The notes under the pieces were generated by a model. That model was given only the letters and a program-made list of their open reading frames with translations, was not told the DNA's origin and searched no databases. A program made the position numbers and the translations under genes. This document shows, piece after piece, positions 21,963 through 35,034 of a stretch of 64,000 bases of DNA. Numbering within the stretch: position 1 is the stretch's first letter; each line of letters begins with the position of its first letter. Origin of the DNA: Macrostomum lignano (taxonomy: Eukaryota). The stretch is from the NCBI GenBank assembly GCA_002269645.1, contig NIVC01000445.1, forward strand, positions 124,001 through 188,000. Direction: 5' to 3'.

Positions 21963-22299
21963 TGGGCAGCGCTGGACTCGAGTTAATTGCGGGCGGAGCG
22001 GAGCTGTAGCAGAGACCGGCCACTGGGCTGCGGGTGAATTATTGGGAGACAGGCTGTGAGAACCTGCAGCATCATCACTATGAAAGTCCGGATCCCCGAT
22101 TCTTAATCTAAATCCTACATCCCAATCCTAGAACCGAAATCTTGAAAATATCCCAAAGTAGAGAGTCCCGATTCCATGGTTTTAGTTTCTCACTCCCATA
22201 GTCTGGATTAATTACCTTGATCTTTAATCCCACAACCTACATAGATTCTCAAACCATAGTCAAGAGCCTCAGTCCTACTAAGCAGATCCCCAGCCCGAC

Positions 22300-22950
22300 A
22301 ACCCAACCTAGATTCCTAATCCCACAGCCTAGATCCCTAATCCCACAGCCTAGATTCCTAATCCCACAACCTAGATTCCTAATCCCACAACCTAGATTCC
22401 TAATCCCACAACCTAGATTCCTAATCCGACAGCCTAGATTCCTAATCCCACAGCCTAGATCCCTAATCCCACAACCTAGATTCCTAATCCCACAGCCTAG
22501 ATCCCTAATCCCACGCCCACAACCTAGATTCCTAATCCCACAACCTAGATTCTTAATCCCACAACCTAGATTCCTAGTTTCACAGCCTAGATTCCTAATC
22601 TTACAACCTAGATTCCTAGTTTCACAGCCTAGATCCCTAATCCCACAACCTAGATTCCTAATCCCACAACCTAGATTCCTAGTTTCACAGCCTAGATTCC
22701 TAATCTTACAACCTAGATTCCTAATCCCATAATCTAGATTCCTAATCCCACAACCTAGATTCCTAATCCCACAGCCTAGATTCCTAATCCCACAGCCTAG
22801 ATTCCTAATCCCACAGCCTAGATTCCTAATCCCACAGCCTAGATTCCTAATCCCACAGCCTAGATTCCTAATCCCACAGCCTAGATTCCTAATCCCACAA
22901 CCTAGATTCCTTATACCACAGCCCAGATTCCTAAACCCACAACCTAGATC
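22300..22950. repeat. 21-bp minisatellite (~30 copies)
   Basis: cctagattcctaatcccacaa and variants. Confidence 0.95.
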
Positions 22951-23583
22951 CTTACCAAAAATCCAATTACTACTCTAAAGGTAAAAATACTCACATTACA
23001 CTACTCTGTGAAAAGACAAGAGCAACATAGCAAATTAATTGGGCATAATGCTGTCAGATTATACTGCTAATACCAGGTGTTATTTTCCAATAAAAATCGC
23101 AGTACACCATAATAAACGGTGAGAGTAGTAGATAACCATAACTACAATAAATGATATTTCTGAATTGGCTGGAAACGGTTTTGTTAGGAAACAAAGTACG
23201 GAAAAAATTGATTAAAACTAAACAAAAATGCTTGCAGAAGGACTGAAAATTGAATTTTACAATTATTTATGCAAAAGTATGATTTGGCAATGCTGTATTA
23301 TCAATGATATGATAAATGCTGACAATTTTTTGTAGAAACTTAGACCCCTGAACTTTAAATCTTATAAGAAGCACCGCAGGTGTGACTTAATCTTGTGAAT
23401 TAGAATTTATTCTTAATACAAGCTAGAAACCGCAATACCTGTACCTAATGAATATTAAGCATTGACTATGAAAATCTGGGTCAGTGACAACACAACTGCA
23501 ACTGGTACACGTTTAGGCTGGCAAACAGGTCTGGAATTCGTTAAGCAAACGTACAGTTTTAATCCAAAAATTTCTATAACATT

Positions 23584-23838
23584 TTATTCATCATCTGGAC
23601 AGGCGTTTTTTTCCTCAGCATCCGCCGGCTCTTCATCATTGACCTGTTTGTCGGCGTCAGTAATAGGCGCGGAGTCTTTGCCGACCTCCTCATGGCTCAG
23701 CTGCCAGTAGACAAACGTGATACACTTGGTGTCGAAGCAGGCCTTCAGGCACAGATCCGGGACGGCCTTGCGGTCCACGCAGTGGTGCCACTGGCTCAGG
23801 TCTGAGTTGCAGTCCGCACCGTCTGGCGGCGGCCGCAC
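23584..23838 (-). CDS. RAD54: RAD54 exon 6 (terminal)
   Basis: Acceptor GCGCAG|GTG; [32 protein letters not shown] matches the RAD54 C-terminus. TAA overlaps an AATAAA signal. Confidence 0.9.
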   Translation of the reverse strand: MRPPPDGADCNSDLSQWHHCVDRKAVPDLCLKACFDTKCITFVYWQLSHEEVGKDSAPITDADKQVNDEEPADAEEKNACPDDE

Positions 23839-23867
23839 CTGCGCGACAGGGGTCAAATAAAGGTGAA

Positions 23868-24560
<693 letters not shown>

Positions 24561-24568
24561 ACGCTCAC

Positions 24569-25370
24569 CTGAATGCCATTAACGCAGCGACGGCACTTGA
24601 ACTTGTCATGCGTCTCGCTCAGCGTATCCTGCTTCAATCCGAACAGCTCGCGCAGCTCGCCAATCGAGAAATGCCGTTCAACATCGTCCTCTTGGTCAAC
24701 AACGCAGCTGCTCAGCGCTTTCTTATGCGCCTGGCGTTGCAAAATCTTCTCCTCAATAGTGCCCGTGGCGATAAACCGATAGGTATAGCAGGCCTTGGCC
24801 TGGCCATCGCGCCAGGACCTGGCCATGGCCTGGTCATCGTTGGCTGGGTTCCAGTCGGGGTCGAACATCACCAGCCGATTGGCGCCGATAAGATTCAAGC
24901 CGCAGCCGCCAGCTTTGGAGCTGAGCATGAAAACGAACTCGGGCGAGGCTGGGTTGTTGAACTGAGCGACTAGTTTGGCTCGCTTCTTGATTGACAGGCT
25001 GCCGTCGAGGCGAACGTACAGATAGCCGCGGTGCCGGCACAGCCGTTCGAACAGGTCCAGCGTCTGGGTGTAGTTGGACACCAGCACCACCTTGTCCGAG
25101 GTGGTTGCTTTCATGGTAGCTAAAAGTACGTCGAGTACTCGAAATTTACCAGACAGTTCCGGATTGAACGGCACAGACTCGTCAGCTAAACTGGGATGAT
25201 TGCACAGCTTCTTCAGCGTGCCAATCGCTTGCAGTGCGCTGGCGCTGATGCCGCTCTTGCCCGACTGAAGACAGTCGGCCGATTTCCGGCGAATGAAATC
25301 GGTGTACAGGTCGGCCTGGGTCTGGGTGAGGCGGCAGCTCACGACTAGCTCGGTTTTCACTGGCAGGTAC
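24569..25370 (-). CDS. RAD54: RAD54 exon 5 (helicase C-terminal lobe)
   Basis: [80 protein letters not shown]. Splice sites CAG|G and CAG|GTGAGC. Confidence 0.95.
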
Positions 25371-25594
25371 CTGTTTTGTTGCGATGCGAATGCGAAATAG
25401 TTGAGAAATTGATTTCGATTTGAGAATAGGAAGTGACTTTGGACAACTCGATTGACCAAAGGCGTCCACTGGCGTCTACTTATAGTAGAGTAGGCATGAA
25501 AATAATAAAAACATGGCGGCCTTGAAAAGGGCGGTTCTAAGTAATACCGGAAAGAGTCGCGAATGTGAATAAAAATAAAATCAATAAACACTCA

Positions 25595-25830
25595 GTCGGG
25601 GGATAGGCAAACTTTTTTGCCCCAAGGGCCAGATGGCCAGATGGCGAGCCAGAGGAGGGAGAGAAAAGGGAGAGGAGAGGAGGGAGAGGAGAGGAGGGAG
25701 ACTGGGACAGGGCATTAGAAAAGACAGCTGAGCAGCGAGACAAACCTTGAGCGGGCTCGGGTTGCTATTGTGAAGTTTCAAAAGGACCGGGGGGCCGGAT
25801 AGAGAGGCTGGACAAAGTTATTCATAGCAC
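25595..25830 (+). mobile_element. Possible hAT (Charlie-type) MITE fragment in RAD54 intron 4
   Basis: cagtcgggggataggcaaacttttttgccccaagggccagat resembles the left end of hAT MITEs. No clear right TIR. Confidence 0.3.
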
Positions 25831-26006
25831 TGGGAACAATAGTCGAATAATTTAAAATGCAAAGCTTTCTTCCGATTTCCAATCGTTAAAAATAAAAATA
25901 AAAACTTGTAAACCAACCGCGCAAGTTTATACGAAAAATGCTAAACAGACGCCCTAAACAGTAGTCTAATTCAGCCGAATAAAAGCAACGGTGCAATTAA
26001 ACTCAC

Positions 26007-26281
26007 TTAGTCAACAGAGCCTGAGTCCGGCGAATAATGCACTTAGTAACTACTTCCAGTAGAGCTTTGAGTCGTTCTTCTCCGCGCGCCTTTTCGGCGT
26101 CGGTGGCGCCGGCGTCGCGGCCGCGCAAAATTGGCGCCTCGTAGTGGCGACGAAATTCGGCCGCGGTGCCAAGGATGCCACGGTTGACGAAGTGCACCAG
26201 GCTGAAGTACTCCAACAGGTCATTCTGAATCGGAGTGCCGGATAACAGGATCCGACGTTCGACGCGCATAGCGGCCAGCGC
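26007..26281 (-). CDS. RAD54: RAD54 exon 4
   Basis: [44 protein letters not shown]; acceptor CGCAG|GCG, donor AA|GTGAGT. Confidence 0.95.
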
Positions 26282-26357
26282 CTGCGAGATTCGAGAGATG
26301 AAGCAAATTAGAGATTAGTTTGGATTCATACTTCAAGCAGAACCCCAATTAACACTT

Positions 26358-26833
26358 CAGTGACCCTGACACTTATCTCTAGTGCCCCTGACACTAATCT
26401 CTAGTGCCCCTGACACTAATCTCTAGTGCCTCTGACACTAATCTCTAGTGCCCCTGACACTAATCTCTAGTGCCCCTGACACTAATCTCTAGTGCCCCTG
26501 ACAATTATCTCTAGTGCCCCTGACACTAATCTCTAGTGCCCCTGACAATTATCTCTAGTGCCCCTGACACTAATCTCTAGTGCCCCTGACAATTATCTCT
26601 AGTGCCCCTGACAATTATCTCTAGTGCCCCTGACACTAATTTCTAGTGCCCCTGACACTAATCTCTAGTGCTCCTGATAATTATTTCTAGTGCCCCTGAC
26701 ACTAATCTCTAGTGCCCCTGACACTAATCTCTAGTGCCCCTGACAATTATCTCTAGTGCCCCTGACACTAATCTCTAGTGCCCCTGACAATTATCTCTAG
26801 TGCCCCTGACAATTATCTCTAGTGACCCTGACA
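26358..26833. repeat. 22-bp minisatellite (~21 copies) in RAD54 intron 3
   Basis: ctagtgcccctgacactaatct repeated. Confidence 0.95.
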
Positions 26834-26903
26834 CCCGCACAGTGACTTTGACACCCTCTCGTAGCGACACTGGCACCCCCGACATAGTTAAGATCAAACG
26901 CAC

Positions 26904-27626
26904 CTGATAAGTGAGATTCTCAGAATTCTTTAACCGATGACCTTCGTCGCAGATAATTAAGCCGACTGAGCCGCGGTGCAGCACGGCGGCGTGCAGCCGG
27001 AAGGTCTCGTAGGAGATGATCAGCACTGGGTGGGCTACCCGGCGACCAACCGACTGCATGAAAGCTGCCAGATCCCGATCGATATCGTCCTTGCCACCGT
27101 TGTCAACGGCCAGAGTTCGGACGCGCTGGCCGAGCCATTTGGCAAATTCATTGGCCCAATTGCGGACCAGACTGCTCGGACACACGATCACGGCTTTGTC
27201 AACTGTGGGCCGACAGTCCGGACTCTGTTTGAGCAGCGTCCACACCAGGGTGACGCACTGCAGAGTCTTGCCCAGGCCCATTTCGTCCGCCATGATGCAG
27301 CCGTATGAGCCGGGAATCTGCACTCCGGTGACGCAATCGTACATAAATTTAACTCCCTCGCGCTGGTGCGGTCGCAGCACACGGGTTAGCACCGGGTCAA
27401 CAACAACGTGCACCGGCACCTTCTCCGGATCGGCGCGCAGCTGCTCGTGCGCGCTTAACTCCGGCGGCGAGTACAGAACTAAGGCGCCTTCCGCCTGCGG
27501 ATCGTGCAACGGAGCGCGACCAGCCTGACGCCGGATGCCCAGAGCCCGGCCGAGGCCGCAGCCGCCCTGATAGTTCGGGATAGGCACTTTGAACGGCCGC
27601 GACAGGATCGATTTGATGAGCGCCTC
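26904..27626 (-). CDS. RAD54: RAD54 exon 3 (SNF2 N-terminal ATPase lobe)
   Basis: [53 protein letters not shown]; acceptor ACAG|GAG, donor CAG|GTGCGT; 723 nt. Confidence 0.95.
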
Positions 27627-27694
27627 CTGTGGGAAGAATAGCGGCAGATTAATGCTGTAGCACAGGATGTGGGCCGCCGGCCCGGCACTTTAGG

Positions 27695-28146
27695 CCCGAT
27701 GAAAACGGCACCAAGGCCAAGAAGAGTCAGTTGCGTCGTTACAGGTAAAAAAGGAAATAAGTGACTCTTAAACGACTCTGGGGCGGTAGACTCCTATCTG
27801 AGGCGTGCCAGAGTCGCTGTACAATCCACGAGTTGCGTCTAAAGCGCATCTGCGTCAATTTATGAATTAGAATCGCATTTCGCATTTTTAACAACTCTAT
27901 TTAGTCTACTTGAGTTAGTAGAAAGTCAAGCGCTAACACAGCGACTCTTGGACGACTTTTTCCTAGACTCTTGCTACAATTCTACAACTCGCGTGATGCG
28001 CTCGTGACGCAACAGTCACCTATCCGTCGGATTACAGTCGCTTGAGTCGTTAAAAAGTCACAAGAGTCGCCTCAGAGTCGCTAGAGTCACTAGTGAGCTG
28101 TTTGCAATCACACTAGCGATCCTGGTCACGTTTCGTTTTTAACGGG
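27695..28146. mobile_element. Putative non-autonomous CMC-like element with CCCG termini and GAGTCG/CGACTC subterminal motifs
   Basis: cccgatgaaaacg at 27695 versus the reverse complement of the right end, cccgttaaaaacg (11/13). Many GAGTC/GACTC motifs in both orientations. TSD not clean. Confidence 0.45.
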
Positions 28147-28261
28147 AGGCATACATGCAGACGCACTTCTAAGATGTGTCAGTCGTTATATTAGTTCTCT
28201 TCACCAAGCTTCCTCTCAGCGTAACAGCTACCTCGAAGCATGATTACTGCTTGGAAGCTTC

Positions 28262-28744
28262 CCTAGCTACTATGGAGCTTTCTAAGTTACTATGGAGCTT
28301 TCTAAGTTACTATGGAGCTTTCTAAGTTACTATGGAGCTTTCTAAGTTACTATGGAGCTTTCTAAGTTACTATGGAGCTTTCTAAGTTACTATGGAACTT
28401 TCTAAGTTACTATGGAGCTTTCTAAGTTACTATGGAGCTTTCTAAGTTACTATGGAGCTTTTTAAGTTACTGTGGAGCTTCCTAACTTACTATGGAGCTT
28501 TCTAAGTTACTATGGAGCTTTCTAAGTTACTATCGAGCTTTCTAAGTTACTATAGAGCTTTCTAAGTTACTGTGGAGCTTTCTAAGTTACTATGGAGCTT
28601 TCTAAATTACTATCGAGCTTTCTAAGTTACTATGGAGCTTCCTAAGTTACTATGGAGCTTTCTAAGTTACTATGGAGCTTTCTAAGTTACTATGGAGCTT
28701 TCTAAGTTACTATGAAGCTTTCTAAGTTACTATGGAGCTTCCTA
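28262..28744. repeat. 20-bp minisatellite (~24 copies) in RAD54 intron 2
   Basis: tatggagctttctaagttac repeated. Confidence 0.95.
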
Positions 28745-29394
28745 AACTGTTTAAAATGCAAACGAACCAAACTCTACCACGAGCCAATACGGTAGAAGCT
28801 GCACTAACTGTAAATATGCAAAAAGCTGTCGTTCATGCAATTAGTTAGGACTGCACTAAAGGCACTTTCATAGTTGATCTCGTGCGCGCGCGTGTGTGTG
28901 TGCAGATAGTGGCATATATTAATCTATCTATGCTTTACTTAAGGCCGCGGTCAACATTGAATATAGTTGAAGCGACGGGCAAGCGGTTAATGAAGCTGAT
29001 TAACCAGCAGGACCCATCGGGAGCGAGTAGCCGCCAGTATTTATAGCACGCAACCTCGCGCCATCCATCTAATATAATGCGATTAAGCATGAAAAATATA
29101 ATCGAGCAGCACTGGAATCCTGCTTAGCTATGCCATACAATCTGATTTGATTGCGAGAGGATTTTATCTTCTCAATTTTCAGCTCCTAAAGAAGGACATC
29201 AAAAGATGGTCTGAGTTATTGAAATGATTTTTGGTAATTTATTCTGTTTAAATGTCAGTGGTTATTAGGAATACTGCAAGTTTAGCAATACTGTCGAAGA
29301 ATAATGCTAATGGAATGCTATTGAATTACTCGCCTTTGAAAGCAAGTACAAGTGCATTAGATGCCGTTCACATTTTCATAAATACGCAGTGAGC

Positions 29395-29865
29395 ACTACT
29401 GCAACTACTCCAACTGCTACTACTACTATTAGTATTCCTACTGCTACTATTACTACCATTGCTACTACTACTACTGCTACTACAACAAATACTACTACAA
29501 TTACTACTACTAATACTACTACTACTACAATTACTACTACTACTACTACTACTACTACAATTACTACTACTACTACTATTGCTACTGCTGTTACTACTAC
29601 AACTACTACATTGCTACTACTACTACTACCATCCCCCTGCTACTACTACTACCATCCCCCCTGCTACTACTACTACCATCCCCCCTGCTACTACTACTAC
29701 CATCCCCCTGCTACTACTACTACCATCCCCCTGCTACTACTACTACCATCCCCCTGCTACTACTACTACCATCCCCCCTGCTACTACTACTACCATCCCC
29801 CCTGCTACTACTACTACCATCCCCCCTGCTACTACTACTACCATCCCCCCTGCTACTAATACTAC
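29395..29865. repeat. (TAC)n microsatellite grading into a ~24-bp unit
   Basis: actactact.. then ccatcccccctgctactactacta repeats. Confidence 0.9.
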
Positions 29866-29910
29866 TGACGCAGGCTCAAAATCAGGCTGGCAAGCAGAAT
29901 AGCAACTTAC

Positions 29911-30072
29911 ATGCTCACTCTTGGGCAGACAATCGCCAGACAATGACGGAGACTGGGCGGCTACCAGTGGCCGACGAAATGGCGACGCGTATTCAAGGCC
30001 GTCAACTGCTGTTGCGCTAGTTTTCTTCTTAGCAACCGCGCCAGCTTTGCGAGACCTCTTGCCCGACGGCTC
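29911..30072 (-). CDS. RAD54: RAD54 exon 2
   Basis: Acceptor TAACAG|GAG, donor CAT|GTAAGT; 162 nt; contains YASPFRRPL, the conserved SPFRKPL motif, and ends in H before the EALIK exon. Confidence 0.85.
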
Positions 30073-30429
30073 CTGTTATGGAATAGGGGAAAATATGATG
30101 CGACAGGATTAGGCCCGGGAGAAAGAAACAAAGAGGCAGAGCCAATAAAAATTAGCGTCAAAAATTCTTCAACCAGCCGCAGTACGATGCGAAGCCAAAA
30201 TATAGTTATGATAGAATCCCGGAATAGCGGACTGGACACCGGAGCCACACTCATGCATTTATGCAAGCCCGCAAAGAGGTTGAGAGAAAAAGGCAGGCTA
30301 AAGTGAGAACTGCGCGCCGCTGGTTGGACAAGGGTGAGACTGTGACCAACTCGCCGAATCAAGGACTACTAACGAAATGGACTGCTAGATCTACAGCATG
30401 GAGTGAAATAGATAGCGTTGAAGCTATAC

Positions 30430-31000
30430 CCAGCTACTGTAGATCTTCTCCAGCTACTGTAGATCTTCTCCAGCTACTGTAGATCTTCTACAGCTTCTGT
30501 AGATCTTCTACAGCTACTGTAGATCTTCTCCAGCCACTGCAAATCTTCTACAGCTACTGCAAATCTTCTACAGCTACTGTAGATCTTCTAAAGCTACTGT
30601 AGATCTTCTACAGCTACTGTAGATCTTCTACAGCTACTGTAGATCTTCTACAGCTACTGTAGATCCTCTTCAGCTACTGCAAATCTTCTACAGCTACTGT
30701 AGATCTTCTCCAGCTACTGCAAATCTTCTCCAGCTACTGTAGATCTTCTCCAGCTACTGTAGATCTTCTCCAGCTACTGTAGATCTTCTCCAGCTACTGT
30801 AGATCTTCTACAGCTACTGTAGATCTTCTCCAGCTACTGTAGATCTTCTCCAGCTACTGCAAATCTTCTACAGCTACTGTAGATCTTCTAAAGCTACTGC
30901 AAATCTTCTACAGCTACTGTAGATCTTCTAAAGCTACTGTAGATCTTCTAAAGCTACTGTAAATCTTCTACAGCTACTGTAGATCTTCTCCAGCTACTGT
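30430..31000. repeat. 20-bp minisatellite (~28 copies) in RAD54 intron 1
   Basis: agatcttctccagctactgt repeated. Confidence 0.95.
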
Positions 31001-32589
31001 CCTTGGTTATTATGAAGACTTCCTAAGTAGCGAATCAACTTTTTCTTTGACACCCAGGACTGCAGATAACCTGTCAACTGCATTTCAATCGAAAACAAAA
31101 GTGCAGGATTTAATAACTAGCAACTTGTACAGTATGCCCTGTATATCGTAGATACTTAGCAATATAAAGTATGTAAATGCATGTATGTGTAAACTATATG
31201 TCGACTGTGTAATACGTGTAAAATATAACGACTACTGTCTTGGACTCTGAAATATGGATCTATAACTCCCGTGCCTGATGACAGATAGTCGAGAAGACGG
31301 AGAGATGAGACAGAAGCTGGTTGGATTCAATAGTCTCTACCCTCTCTTTCCATAGTTGCAAAAATTCGTTGCAGATTGCGGGATGACAAGGCACAAACAG
31401 GAAGAGAACCCTGAATAAGACCTAAAACCATCAGATAGATTGAGAGGGGAGAGAGGCGAAGAGAAATAGGAGCTGCTAGACCAGGCCTGCGATAATTCTA
31501 ATCACAGTCAGAGCAGTCGATCTAAGCTTAAATATAAGTACACGTGCTCTTTGAGATATGAAGGACTTTATAAAGTTCACAGAGTTTTTCGTGATATAAG
31601 TATAAGGTATCACCCCCATGGACTGATTTATCTGGCCCACAGTCAAGACTGAGGATTGCGTTGATTGGCCGAGGCGAAGCATTGTTTATAGAAATGCTTG
31701 ACTCAAACGCAAAGCTATAGAGTTCTACTATAGACAGCACGGCCACGGAGACCAAGGACAACTTAATCACTCCTTAAGGACAACGAGACTTTTTTCGCCA
31801 TGATTTTCGAGTTTACCGTCCTGGGTGATTAAGTTGTCCTTGGCGAAGACATTTAGTCTATTTTTAGTCTCCAGACTCTTGTCTATGGTCCAAATGTAGG
31901 AGCCCTGATTATTCAAGATTTCGGCTTCAGCTTTAATCTTATTAGCGGCGCTTCTCTGTTGGAGGAGATAATTTACTGAAGTGAAATCCAAATAATCGAT
32001 GCGGTTTCAGGTCTAATACATTGGCGCTGCTTCACACAGGATAGCATGTCACGCCCGAAACCTTCCTGACGACGACAACTTGATTTACCTACTTGATGTA
32101 CTTATATCCTTAAGGATGAGACCAAAATACGAGTAAGTTAGGTAAGCTTGCACTAGAATCTACAATAACAAAACGTTAACGTTTTAAACCTTACTGTTAG
32201 AGTTACAATTGGTATAGTAGTTTTTGAGATGCAAAAAAATAAATGGTGCCGTCATATTTGCGTCAGCTACAGCATATCTACGAGTATATTATACTCGTAG
32301 ATTTAAAATGAGATTCAAATTTTCGTCTTTTAAAGGACAATCTGAGTTATAGCTTTGTTTTTAAGTCAATGCTACTAGGGCAAGAATTGTTTTTTTGCTT
32401 CGATATCCAGATGCCTTTTAAAAAGAAGTTATCAAATTGGCGAAAAAGTCTGCCAGTTTTATGCAAGTTCTTGACAAGTGAGTCTTGAGCTGCCGTAGAA
32501 AGAAGTGGACCTTAGCTCGTAATTTCATAGAGATGGCAAAAACAATACAAAGTGTGGCCAGAAAATAACAACAAAAAAAACAATTTTAC

Positions 32590-33070
32590 TATGATCTGGT
32601 TGTGCACAAAAAATGAATATTTCAAGTGAGCTGCAGCCCTAAAAGTATTCCCCGCTCTCAATGGTGCCAGCTCCAGATGCACTCCTGGAAGCCCTCCGTT
32701 TAGATGCCTCGCAAGACGCTTGTCATGTTGCTCTTCATGTTTTCCAGATCTTCAAATCGTGATCTTTTGAGAGCTTGCTTCACCTTGGGGAAGAGCCAGA
32801 AATAGCACGGGACAGTGTCTGGCGAATAAGGTGTATGGCTCAGCTTGCGACTCGTTTTTCAGTCAAAAAAACTGTTGCACTGAAGGTGCTTTGTGCGCTG
32901 GTGCGTTGTCGCGATGCAGCAGCCAGGCTTTGTTCTCCCACTGTTCATGTCAAACCCGCCGCATGCTCAGCATCAACCTCTCGGGACTTCACGATAAAAT
33001 TGCTAATTCACAGTCTGTCCCTGTGGCAAAATAACTCGCGATGGATGAGGCCCTGCGAATACGATTGATT
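32590..33070 (-). pseudogene. Mariner (Tc1/mariner) transposase C-terminal remnant
   Basis: Across frameshifts and stops: LPQGQTVN..FYREV, WLLHRDNAPAH, HTPYSPDTVPCYFWLFPKVK, FQECIWSW, GEYF. Confidence 0.85.
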
Positions 33071-33671
33071 CTCGTTACTTTCTGGCCACACCTTGTATAC
33101 CAAAGGACCACAAAGCGTTAACATCAAAGGTCCCTACTGGCAAGGAGGAAAAACAGAATGCAAAAATCGATGAATAGTCGCAGAGAAAAATTATTCCCGA
33201 TTCTATAATCTAGTCTTGCATCCTTGCATCTAGTCTGTTTATACGTCACCGAGCAACACATCTCTGCAACTAGGACCAAGGACACCTTGGATAAGAGTCT
33301 GGAGTAGAAACTCTGCCTTTAAACCATCACTTTTTCAGACATTATATAAAATCAATAGCAGTCTGGTTAATTATTCCAACTTGCTATTTCATGATATAGT
33401 GATCAATTATTCATAATGGCATGTTTTTTATTTTTTAGTGAACACGGCCAGTTTATTCAGCTTTTGAATGAGAGCCATGGTCAGCAGAAGTAGAGGGGAT
33501 CGGAACGCTACACTCGATTTTCTTGGAAATGAGCTGGAGGACGGTAAAGGGAATTGCCGTGCATTTTTATTTACTCAATTTCTCTATGGCAAAACCTCAT
33601 TCAGTGCTGTGTTCTCCACCGTAAGCACGCTAAATGCACTAGCAATGCCAAAAATGTTCCTTCCTTCCTTT

Positions 33672-33674
<3 letters not shown>

Positions 33675-33709
<35 letters not shown>
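33675..33709. repeat. (GA)n microsatellite (a second one at 33986-34006)
   Basis: Direct inspection. Confidence 0.9.
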
Positions 33710-33711
<2 letters not shown>

Positions 33712-34606
33712 AATAATCAAAATTCTCGTCCAAGATCTCCTTGACCTTGGCTATGCCAGAAAAATTGATTCGGTGACTGTACCACCTCCGATGCCCTGAG
33801 TTGAAGACAAACACAAAGAGACCAAAGCGCCCAGTTAATTAATCCAATCCGTTCGATTTCTCTCTAGCTCACCAATCCAAGCGAATAAGGAATAAATTAT
33901 AATTATTAATAAACGCTACTGAATTTTTTCAAGAAATAATAAAAATCAACAGCGCCGACACGTCTCACTTACTCTGCAGAGTAAGGAGAGAGAGAGAGAG
34001 AGAGAAGGAGGATCGCAATTTCTCGACAAGAACTGATTAAAAAAACGCCGGGGCGGAACGCGGTAGCGGGCGAGAGGTTGAAAGTCAACGCGTAGCGAAG
34101 GAGCCAGTCAAGTCAGACTTAATTACTGGAGCAGTCTTATCAGCCGCGTGACAGAGACGCATGCGGAGCAGCCCAGTACCGTTCTTACTCGCTTTCACTC
34201 TCTTATTCTCTCTCTCATCCCAGCCTCCCGGAGCACTGCTCTATCTGCTCACTTGCTTAGACCTCTGTATTACTTACTCCATTAGTAGGATTCCATGAGA
34301 TCGATGCGGACAAAATCGCTATAACTAGGTTTTCCCATTATCTTAGCTTGGCATTGCATCTCGTTCCACTTCCCGGTTCTCTGGCTCGCAGACCAATAGC
34401 TCACAATGCAAAGATAACGTTTTTTGTCGAACGTTATAGACAAGAGAAGATGGGGTTTTAGAAAATATTATAATTAAACAATACAATGCTACTATAAGTA
34501 GGCCAGCTCAATGAACTCTTCTATAGTTAATAGTCTAATTGGCTTTATTAGAAGATTTTTCTATTTCACTTCTATGCAATTCTTTTCATTTTTTATATCT
34601 TTGGGG

Positions 34607-34745
34607 CGACAGTAATAGGGGAAATTCTATATAGCTACAGTATAGGGGAAATTCTAGATAGCTACAGTATAGGGAAAATTTTATATAGCTACAGTATAGG
34701 GGAAATTCTATATAGCTACAGTATAGGGGAAATTCTAGATAGCTA
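34607..34745. repeat. 27-bp tandem repeat, ~5 copies
   Basis: tataggggaaattctatatagctacag repeated. Confidence 0.9.
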
Positions 34746-34785
34746 GAGTGTAGGGACGGCACAGGGGCAGTTTCAGTCTGTTTAC

Positions 34786-34899
34786 CTCGTCAGATTCGCT
34801 CTCAGAGTCGGCCTCCCGATAGCATGGCCGCCCGCCTGTGGAGACTTGTGTGGCGGCCTCTCCGCCCACAACGGAACGGCTGGGCGCGAGACTTCGCCG
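34786..34899 (-). CDS. RAD54: RAD54 first coding exon lacking its own ATG (RRSLAPS...)
   Basis: Acceptor TTTTGCAG|CGG CGA AGT CTC GCG CCC AGC = RRSLAPS, the hallmark RAD54 N-terminus MRRSLAPS minus Met. Donor GAG|GTAAAC. All six exons join in frame (~777 aa with Met). Confidence 0.85.
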
Positions 34900-35034
34900 C
34901 TGCAAAAGTGCAAACCGGTCGGGCTTAAGCACTAAACAGGCCGGGCTAATCCTGAAGGCCTGAACACCTACGCTTGCTGAGTCTCATTGTGCTAGACAAA
35001 TTTATGTATCAAAATCTCACCCTAATTATGACAG

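Noticed and set aside
31476-31991. Small minus-strand ORFs in RAD54 intron 1, one with a signal-peptide-like start
   Set aside because: Short, no recognisable homology, no convincing splice structure.
33968-33985. Perfect 18-bp palindrome cttactctgcagagtaag giving donor-like sites on both strands
   Set aside because: Isolated, flanked by GA microsatellites, and no associated coding exon; could be chance or an element remnant.
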